Source: Trypanosoma brucei (lineage: Eukaryota). From it: a stretch of DNA of 64,000 nucleotides. The notes beneath the pieces were generated by a model. That model was given only the letters and a program-made list of their open reading frames with translations. It was not told where the DNA came from and did not search any database. The position numbers were made by a program, and so were the translations under genes. Of this stretch, positions 56,145-64,000 are shown piece by piece. The stretch is taken from contig CP000069.1 of the NCBI GenBank assembly GCA_000002445.1, positions 1,280,001 to 1,344,000 on the forward strand, written 5' to 3'. How positions within the stretch are numbered: the first letter of the stretch is position 1; every line of letters starts with the position of its first letter.

Positions 56145-57124
56145 GAGGCATTAGACCATATTAAGTTTTGTGCGACAGCCTCTATACAATGGTGTGATCA
56201 CTGCAGAAAAATCGGAAGAATGTGCGATGCGGGTATACCCGTATTTTTATTTTCCAAGATTTAGGTGTGCTCGCTTACGAGAAGAGGGCTAAGAGACGAG
56301 GTGTGTTTAAATTTAGGCGCATGTGGATACAGGGTAGAATTACGTTAGCGAAATAATATGCGTCGGAGGTATACCCCCATTTGCACGAGGAGATGCGCCC
56401 GATGCGAACATACAATCTGTTTCTATTTTCCCTTTTTTTTTTACTGTTGTTTCTAATTTGTTATTATCCCACAGGATTCCCTAAGGCTAATATCCTCTGC
56501 CTTCTCTCTCTCTTTCGTTTTTTTGTTGTTGCTTAACTTAACAGCATATTTTCCGGTGGCGGTGGTCGATGGAAGCCAATTACTTATGGGTGTAGCACTG
56601 CGGGTCATAACATATTTTCGTAGGGGACCGCTATGGGGACACCATCGGAAGCCGTCTAAAAGGCCACGGTCGAACTCTTTTGATGTTAATAATAAAAACT
56701 GCACAAGCACCGAATATGATAAGGGCGCACTCGCAGTGAATGAAAATACAAGGGATGAGGACGAAGGTGTGACGTCCCTTTTGGCCATGCGAGTGATGAG
56801 TGGCGCTGATGGTGCCACTGAAGTCCCACTCTGTCGTGCGGTGCTTCGTGGCTCGTCTGTGGAGGGCGCTTATGGTTGTCATTATCATGCATATCCCTCC
56901 GAATCCCCACACGGCGCTCACGGGACGTCGCTCTGTTGGTCCTTAGAAAAATCATCGATCAAATTGTACGAGCTTTTGTGTCTTTGTCGGCTAGCTAATA
57001 GCTGTCGGAAGGATGTTGTACTTTTCGATGGGAGGGAGGGTTTGCTCTTTTCGTACCGTGCAACCCTTTGAGGGGACATGTTTAACATACCGGCGACCAA
57101 TGCTGCCGGAAAGATACCATATTT

Positions 57125-57172
57125 ACACACACACACACACACACGTATATATATATATATATATATATATAT
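57125..57172. repeat. compound (CA)10(TA)13 microsatellite
   Basis: read directly. A further (TG)n lies at ~57261-57282. Confidence 0.9.
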
Positions 57173-57603
57173 GCATATTGCTTTGGTGCTAGTAGGGAGT
57201 TGTTGAGTTATGGTGGCTGGGACAAGGCAGAACAAACTTGCGAGGGGCGTTTTACCGTGTGTGTGTGTGTTTGTGTGTGTCCACCACATAAATCCTATAT
57301 GTTGTGTTGGTTAGCCAACCTTCAGGACGATAGTTGTGTTCTACCTTGTGGTGTGATGATGGGGTTTGCACTTTCCTTTCTCGCAAATTTCTTTGGTGTT
57401 GCTGCACTCTGGCTACAATGTGTTTTTTTTTTTCGCCCCTGACACTAAATATTGGACTCCACATCATCTTCCTTGTTCTTCGCTCCGTTTTTCAATCATC
57501 GCGGGATACTACAGGTAAGCGAAATTTCCGTCAGATCTACCCGCAAGAAGAAGAGGCAACATAGACATACACACCCGAGCAAGGGAAGTATTTGCAAAGT
57601 GAT

Positions 57604-58860
57604 ATGACTAGTATCGAGATGCAGGTGGATGTCGCTGAATTGGAAAGAAAATATGAAGCTCTGGCTAATGTAAAAGTTTTTGACGATAACGTTAGAAAAG
57701 GTGTCGATACGATCCTTGCAACGATGCCGAATCCTGACAAGCAGCACAGCCCCGAGGAGAAGGTGCGGTTATATGTCCTTCGTTGCAAGGCCTTGCTCCT
57801 GCTTCCAAGTTACTCAAAGGACTCTGAGCGGTGCTGCAGTGCTGCACTAAAGCTTCGAAACGATCGTCCTGATCTCTGGGTTTTACTCAGTGAATGCTTC
57901 ACGCAGCGGGGTGCAACCAAGGAGGCATGCGAGGCATTGGATAATGCCTTGCGGCTGGACAGTCGCAATGAGAAAGCCCTCAGCCAGTATAGCCAAGTCC
58001 TCCGCATTCGCTCAGCGGACTCCAAGCTGCCACTGCAGGAGAGCAGAAAATATTTAAGTGAGGCCGTGCTGCGTGCCAAAGAGGCTGTTGCAGTGTCCCC
58101 TGCGAGTGCATCATGTTGGCACCTTTATGGTATTGCCTTACTTTCTGAAGCACTCTCGAATGGTATGAATGTTGAAGGCGCGCAGCGTTCGTTAAAAGCA
58201 CTCGAGCAGGCTTCCCGGATTGAGCCCAGGGATCCTGACGTGTGCTACAACAAGGGCGCTGTTGAAGGTGTGCTTGGATACTTTGGAAGTGCGTCGTGCG
58301 ACCTGCTGACGGCGCTGGAGGAGGACCCCCACCGTCTGAAAGGGGCGAGAAAGCAACTGGAGGATTACCTTTCCATAATTAGGCGTGCGATTTCAATGAC
58401 TGAATCCATGCAACGAACGGGGAAGAAAGCATTTACGTCACTGGTAACCAAGCTTGCGAAACATGTAGATTCCATGACGCTGAGGGAAGCACTAGAACGG
58501 GAAACAAGTTCCTTATGTAAGGTGTCGGTGGGTGTAGTGGACGTTTTGAGCGAAACGACAATGGAGCCGATGGTTGTGCTTTCTGTCGACAGAGTCGGTG
58601 AGTTTTGTCTACTACTTTTTCACGGTATTCGCCGCGGTACCTTCAAGATGAGAGACGCCGTAGTCACTTTGACTGTCCCCAAGAGTAACCCCGTTCGTGT
58701 GACCCATGAAGTGCCTGCCATTCCTTTTTTGGATACAAGCGCGTACTCGTGCTCGTATGTGCAAGTGATCGTTGACGTTGATTCGACGATTGTTAATGGA
58801 GCACCAATTTCTTCACAGATGCGGGTGCCACCACAGGTCTCGACAAGGCTATTTATATAA
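57604..58860 (+). CDS. TPR-like repeat protein with a beta-rich C-terminal domain (TTC5-like arrangement, tentative)
   Basis: Helical TPR-like pairs (LLLLPSYSKDSERCCSAALKL, WVLLSECFTQRGATKEACEALDNALRLD, ALSQYSQVLRI, WHLYGIALLSE). The C-terminal ~120 residues are beta-rich, so the arrangement is TPR followed by an OB-like domain. Confidence 0.65.
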   Translation: MTSIEMQVDVAELERKYEALANVKVFDDNVRKGVDTILATMPNPDKQHSPEEKVRLYVLRCKALLLLPSYSKDSERCCSAALKLRNDRPDLWVLLSECFTQRGATKEACEALDNALRLDSRNEKALSQYSQVLRIRSADSKLPLQESRKYLSEAVLRAKEAVAVSPASASCWHLYGIALLSEALSNGMNVEGAQRSLKALEQASRIEPRDPDVCYNKGAVEGVLGYFGSASCDLLTALEEDPHRLKGARKQLEDYLSIIRRAISMTESMQRTGKKAFTSLVTKLAKHVDSMTLREALERETSSLCKVSVGVVDVLSETTMEPMVVLSVDRVGEFCLLLFHGIRRGTFKMRDAVVTLTVPKSNPVRVTHEVPAIPFLDTSAYSCSYVQVIVDVDSTIVNGAPISSQMRVPPQVSTRLFI

Positions 58861-59336
58861 GTCCGTATCGCGCCACATGTGTGCATAATCTACTGACTGT
58901 CTATCCATCTATCTATTCATCTCTTTAAGTAGAGACGTATGCAAGTGCATTGTTGAGCGCATCTCGGCTTCCTCTAATAGAAGGACAGCAGCTTTGCGCC
59001 AAACAAGGTGATTGTTGTGGACTACATATCACAAGCAGACTAAGCATAAGTGATGCATGAGAGATGGGAGATGATGATGAAGGGATGGGGCTTCTGTTGT
59101 GTACCCCCTCGTTATCTTCTTTCTCTTCTTTTAAAATTTTTTTAAAATTCACATACTTGTTTCGCTCAACTTTCTTTATGCTGCTTCCGCGGCGATACCT
59201 GTGGTTTCACCACATATTAGTTTCTTCACTTTTTTCTTTCATTTTTAATTTTAATTTTTTTAAAATAAAATTTACTAATATAGTATCTGTGACGGCAGTG
59301 TTGGTTTTGCTGTGCTTAAGGAAGTGTTTTTGTCTG

Positions 59337-59690
59337 ATGGTTCAACGCATCCGCGTGTTGCATTGCGGGGTGGACAGTTACGGTTGCGGTCACTGTGGTG
59401 CATATTTCTGCGACAAGAGTGACGTCATCTCTCGTAATTTTAATGGGAAATTTGGTAAAGCTTATCTTGTGAGTCGTTGTTTTAACTTTTACTTCGGACC
59501 GGCAGAAGAGAAGGAGTTGATGACGGGAAAGCACATCGTGCGCGATGCTTTCTGTTCTAACTGCGATAGTTACTTTGGCTGGACGTATGACTTTGCCTAC
59601 GAGGACAAGGAGCGGTACAAAGTTTCTCGGTTTGTAGTAGAGCGCCAACTCTTGCAGGCAATAGCGGCGGGGCCCGCTGCCGGCTCGTGA
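59337..59690 (+). CDS. Yippee-family zinc-binding protein, 117 aa
   Basis: CGHCGAYF...GKAYLVSRCFNFYFGPAEEKELMTGKHIVRDAFCSNCDSYFGWTY matches the Yippee/Mis18 fold signature (CxxC ... GRAYLF ... GPAEER.LLTG ... CxxC..LGWKY). Confidence 0.85.
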   Translation: MVQRIRVLHCGVDSYGCGHCGAYFCDKSDVISRNFNGKFGKAYLVSRCFNFYFGPAEEKELMTGKHIVRDAFCSNCDSYFGWTYDFAYEDKERYKVSRFVVERQLLQAIAAGPAAGS

Positions 59691-60915
59691 AAGTTAAACT
59701 GAAACACTGAGGCATGCATCATGTGCAGTTTTTGTGGAGAAAACTCTCAACTCTTTTTTTTTTGTATTTTGTTGTTCTCTTTTCCCTTTCTTGGTGTTTG
59801 GTTTTATGTCTTTAGTGCGTAATCGTTTGTTTCCTACCCTTCTCAAGGTACGTTGGGCATTGGTTTTCCTTACTGCAGTCGTTTGTTGAGGTCAGAAAAA
59901 TTTTGAAAAGATACGTATAATTTATATACCTGCATCTGCATGTGTGTGCATGATGTGTGCTTTTGTTTTTTTCTTTTTTGAGGGGGGGGGGAATGAATGT
60001 GGAATGAAGGAATGTTGAGAGGCATTAACGGAAGTGTAAAAATTCTGCAACTGGGCCACTGACTCCGCCCCATACTGCCACGAAATTCAAGTTTCTCATC
60101 TCCAGCTGTGTTATTAGTTGAGTATTTAAAGAAGAAAGAAAATTCATTATCCTTGTTTGCTATTATTTCAATCTCCGGCTCCTGTTGTTGATTAGCACCA
60201 GGGTGGTATTCAGCGTGTAACCAACAATAGCAAGGTTACCGGTGATTGGCCACTGCGTTTCGTTTACGCGACCCCATGCAACTGTTCAGCCTTTTCTCCC
60301 CTTCTTCAACAGCAGCAATAAGGATCCTTTGCGGTGATTGCTCATTGTGTTGTGGCCTTTTTTTAAAAAAAATTATTTCGTGAGTGCTTTTTTTTTAAAA
60401 TTCTTGTTTGTGTATACGTATGTGTATTCACTTTCTCACAGTTGGGGTTACCAAAGCCAATACCCTGTTTCTACGTTCCTTTTTATTCCTTATCTCCCAA
60501 TGCATTTCGTTGAATTCTCAACGAGGAAACAGAGACTTAAGGGGAGGGGGAGGGAAATGAGAAACGGGAAGTAAAGGAAAGCAAACCAATGGTATTTCGG
60601 TTCCTTTCCTGATGATTTTCTACCTTTTTTTCGTAGCAAAATATGTTCTTGCATTTATATATTTGATGAAGGTCCTGCTTTCGCTCTGCCACAGGCCATG
60701 TTGTTGTGCCAGTCATTTCATCGTCTGTTCAGCACATACAAATCTTTCTCCTCTACATGTTTGTTCGTGCCCGCTCCAACCTTAACGTTTTCCATTTTAT
60801 TATCATTATTAGGGCTTGCAATTGCTCAAGTGCACACACAAATCACCTAGAAAAAAGGTAGAGGTATTTAAGTAGTTTGTATACGTGTCGTTGTTGCTTT
60901 CTTTTTTAAAGATCC

Positions 60916-61707
60916 ATGAGCAACCCTTGGAACGCAAAGCTAGTGGAGGAGCTTCTCTTTCGTCAATATGAAAAAGGCGAGGACGTGTCAATGCTGCTCC
61001 CCCCACCACCTGCATTATCGGTTGATCAATACCTGAAGGAATACGAGCAGAGCACCAAAGTTCTCTTCGCATATGTTCGGAATGGTCCAGCCAATGCTCT
61101 CACGCCGCAGAATATCAATAACCCAAGGATGTACGGTGGTACCCCAACGAAGGGCTCGTCTTCCATGCAACGTACAGGTAACCAAGGAGGTGCGACATGC
61201 GCAACAACATCATCATCCTCGGCATGTGGTGTGGATTCTAAGGCACAAATGCAACGCCATCCTCGAGGGTTGGATGGCTCCCAATCCGCTGCACCATCTC
61301 TTCCCCTCACAGCGGGAGACGCTGCAGCGGGACAGGGAAGCATGGCCCCACCAGAACATATAAGGAAGCGCATTGAGTGGCCCGCCACTGTGCCCACCAA
61401 CTCCGCGTTAAAAAGCAACAGCCGCTCAAGGGTAGCGAATTTAACCACAAAAAGAGTAGCAGCACAGGAGAGAGTGGACCCGGATCTCATATTTATGCAA
61501 AACCCTGAGGAGTTGCCGCTTCATACGATCTTTGCTAAGTATCCCAAGGCCGTCGAATCCATTGCGGCCCTTCGTGGTGGTAGCGGTGATTGGCGTGAGG
61601 ATACTTTTACAGAAGAGGAAGAAATCCTTTACAAGCGCGAGCTGCGTTACAGTCACATGGGACCAAGTCAATGTGGTTTCTTCCGTTCAAACTTGATTCA
61701 AAGGTGA
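60916..61707 (+). CDS. hypothetical protein, 263 aa
   Basis: ATG-initiated ORF co-oriented with the array. Ser/Thr/Ala-rich middle. No motif recognised. Confidence 0.5.
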   Translation: MSNPWNAKLVEELLFRQYEKGEDVSMLLPPPPALSVDQYLKEYEQSTKVLFAYVRNGPANALTPQNINNPRMYGGTPTKGSSSMQRTGNQGGATCATTSSSSACGVDSKAQMQRHPRGLDGSQSAAPSLPLTAGDAAAGQGSMAPPEHIRKRIEWPATVPTNSALKSNSRSRVANLTTKRVAAQERVDPDLIFMQNPEELPLHTIFAKYPKAVESIAALRGGSGDWREDTFTEEEEILYKRELRYSHMGPSQCGFFRSNLIQR

Positions 61708-62103
61708 TACCCAGTGACAAAAGTGTACTTTGTTCAAATTTTGTATTTTTAGATGGTTTTGAAGAAGTTTTGTGGCGCCTTTGCTCTTTCAAAGAGCGCA
61801 GATCGGTTTTACTCTCACTTCCCCTTGTCTTTCTTTCTTCAACTTATTCGCTCTCTTTCTCCGTTGCTGACCGGACCACTCATATAACAAGGGTGACTGC
61901 AACTACTGGAGCGGTTCCGTGTGATGAGTATCGGCGTCAGGCGTGATCATTTGTATTCCGTAGACGCATCAGCAGTGGGTTGTGTTTCACTACTTGTCTG
62001 ACCCACTTGGTGTGTATGACTTGTTGGTATTCTTTTTTTTTCTTCTTTTACTTAATTTTGGACATTCGCTGTGCGTGAACTGTGCTAGGCTGCTGAAGCC
62101 GTG

Positions 62104-63696
62104 ATGCCGTACCCATTGGGGTCGTCTCTTTGGGTCAAGTGCGACGACGGAGAGTGGTGGCCCGCTACCGTCCGTGAAGTGGAGACTGAGTTGCTTCTCA
62201 GCATGGGTAGTGAATACGACACCTGCATTGAATTCTATCATGACCCAGGAAACTTTTATCCACTAGACTCTACTAGCGGAGGCGTGCGACTTCTACACCT
62301 TGCAGTCGAGGAAAGAGACAAGGATGAGCAGCGCCTGTTTAATGTGAGTGCGACGAAGGAGGCCGTAAGGCGGTTACTTGAGGAACGCAGCGGCACACCC
62401 ACGGCGTCTCCCACCGAAGATTCGCAACCTTACAGTGCAGCGGAAATGCGATATATGAGGTCCCTTGTAGATTCAGTGAGCCCAGATTCTGCCGCTGTGA
62501 TGCAAAATTCGTTAAAGCAAGAGGGGGTGAATATTTCTAGAAGGAACATCCGGCGTGTGGCAAGGAAGGAACGTTCTAGCAAGTCAAAGGTTTCGCGTTC
62601 GCGCACTTCCGTGGAGGAACGGAGCACAGTACGGTTGACAAGTAGCCTGGGTTCGACACAAAGTAGTAAAAGTACCAATCCAACACCCCCATTATCTTGT
62701 GGTAGGTCTTCTTCCTCGTGGAGAAGGAGGTCTGGGGGGCGTGGTGGAGTAGAAGTGTATGGGGAGTGTGTGTTTCAGGAGGCTGTCGATGCCGCTACGT
62801 TGGATGTACTACGTGCTGAAGTCTTCGGAAATCCTGACCGGTTCGTTCTTTCACCCTTGTACCGCTTCCTTGATGTGTTAGGCGCGGTGTCAGTCGAGGG
62901 TGAAAGCATAGAAACAACACTTCCATCCCCAGCGGCAGTAAACGAAGAGCCACCTCAGGGGTTTTCCCCTTCTCGGCGTGTTCTTCTGGTTCCTCTGTCA
63001 TCGTCGTCTTACAACCACACGGATGGCTGGTTGGAGTCTTTCGAGTTTGAGAATAAGAGAATAGCCATGGAACTGTTTGTGAACGGTTTGAAGGTTGTCA
63101 CCCCTCCCAACCCGTCGGTACCCTCTGGGAGGGAAAGTGTGGCCGTAAAAACGACACCTGTTGCGGATATAACGGAAATGGTCTCGGGGAAAGAGTTGTT
63201 TTCACTGCGTGTGCACTTTACAGGACTCATGGAGGATGCGACGTTGTGGGAAGGTTATATCGTTGCTGTTTACGTGGAGCGCACCGGCGTTGATTTGCTA
63301 GCCGAGCGAATTGTCTCCAACTACCATTCGTCGCCAGCGCAACGGGAGGTTGAAGGTGTTGTTGATGTGCAGGTTAGGGCCGTCTGTCCCATAACTGCGC
63401 TGCCACTAAGTGTTCCTGTTCGTGCCTGTGGTTGTGAGCACGTTCAGTGCATTGAATTACAGGCCGTGCTGATGCACTGCGATCGTACAAATGTGTGGAA
63501 CTGCCCGCTTTGCTGGGCGCCCATGACACCAGAAACTATTGCAGTGAATTATAGGTTAAAAGAGTGGTTGGACAGTAACAGATCACGCGTAAATAAGGTA
63601 GATTTCATCGTTGAAACCCCTCCTGGTCGGAACCTGAACGTCGTTTGGAGGAAGAACGAACCGAGAAAGATTGACAACATCGAAACGCTTGAGTAG
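62104..63696 (+). CDS. SP-RING (MIZ-type) zinc-finger protein, putative SUMO E3 ligase, with N-terminal PWWP-like domain
   Basis: C-terminal VRAVCPITALPLSVPVRACGCEHVQCIELQAVLMHCDRTNVWNCPLCWAPM aligns to the PIAS/Siz SP-RING (CP...P.R...C.H.QCFD......W.CP.C). N-terminal LWVKCDDGEWWPATVREV...IEFYHDPGNFYPL resembles a PWWP core. Central Ser/Arg-rich linker. Confidence 0.8.
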   Translation: MPYPLGSSLWVKCDDGEWWPATVREVETELLLSMGSEYDTCIEFYHDPGNFYPLDSTSGGVRLLHLAVEERDKDEQRLFNVSATKEAVRRLLEERSGTPTASPTEDSQPYSAAEMRYMRSLVDSVSPDSAAVMQNSLKQEGVNISRRNIRRVARKERSSKSKVSRSRTSVEERSTVRLTSSLGSTQSSKSTNPTPPLSCGRSSSSWRRRSGGRGGVEVYGECVFQEAVDAATLDVLRAEVFGNPDRFVLSPLYRFLDVLGAVSVEGESIETTLPSPAAVNEEPPQGFSPSRRVLLVPLSSSSYNHTDGWLESFEFENKRIAMELFVNGLKVVTPPNPSVPSGRESVAVKTTPVADITEMVSGKELFSLRVHFTGLMEDATLWEGYIVAVYVERTGVDLLAERIVSNYHSSPAQREVEGVVDVQVRAVCPITALPLSVPVRACGCEHVQCIELQAVLMHCDRTNVWNCPLCWAPMTPETIAVNYRLKEWLDSNRSRVNKVDFIVETPPGRNLNVVWRKNEPRKIDNIETLE

Positions 63697-64000
63697 CGTG
63701 TACGCACCTTCCACATGTTCACTTTTGTATTTCGAGTGGAATAATGTCAAATAAAAACGAAACAAACTGAGGGGGGGGGGAAATAACTTGAAGCACGCAT
63801 TACGCCACGGCTTGGCGCGGCTATTCGGGTTGCCATTCACGGAATTAGTAAAATATTTAAATAATGCAGGAAAAACAAAACAAAAACACGCAGCTTCACT
63901 CTATGCATACCACAAAAGACGAACTCTTTTCTTTACTCACCGTTCTCAACTCAAAATAAAGAAAAAAAACACATGAAAAAGGCAGATATAAAAAAGGAAG

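Overview
This is eukaryotic DNA from a kinetoplastid, not prokaryotic, so I found no operons or CRISPR arrays. About 25 protein-coding genes run head-to-tail on the + strand from ~5.6 kb to the window end. They are separated by 0.4-3.5 kb gaps rich in polypyrimidine tracts and (GT)n/(TA)n microsatellites. This is the layout of a single Pol II polycistronic transcription unit that is trans-spliced. Gene content points to Trypanosoma brucei, with order consistent (from memory only) with the chromosome 6 region around MORN1. The content includes a 358-aa MORN-repeat protein that matches my memory of TbMORN1, plus class I Glu/Gln-tRNA synthetase, DHX37-like DEAH helicase, RAD23, ribosomal L9, CAS/exportin-2-like importin-beta, DNA ligase I, Yippee and an SP-RING SUMO ligase. 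The first ~5.5 kb has no + strand gene. It holds, on the minus strand, the 5' end of an ingi/DIRE-type non-LTR retroposon, recognised by the conserved Pr77 signature at ~1812-1895. Between it and the first gene lie a GC-rich island, a GT-rich stretch with (GT)18 and a G12 run, which may mark the boundary or start region of the transcription unit. Other points worth checking: a mitochondrial-presequence-like N-terminal extension on the tRNA synthetase; an apparent one-base frameshift at the C-terminus of ribosomal L9; a phosphatase with signal peptide plus C-terminal membrane anchor; a PWWP-like + SP-RING architecture; and two ~3.5 kb low-complexity intergenic gaps. The ORF track accepts GTG/TTG starts, so I moved starts to the first plausible ATG where that was clear.
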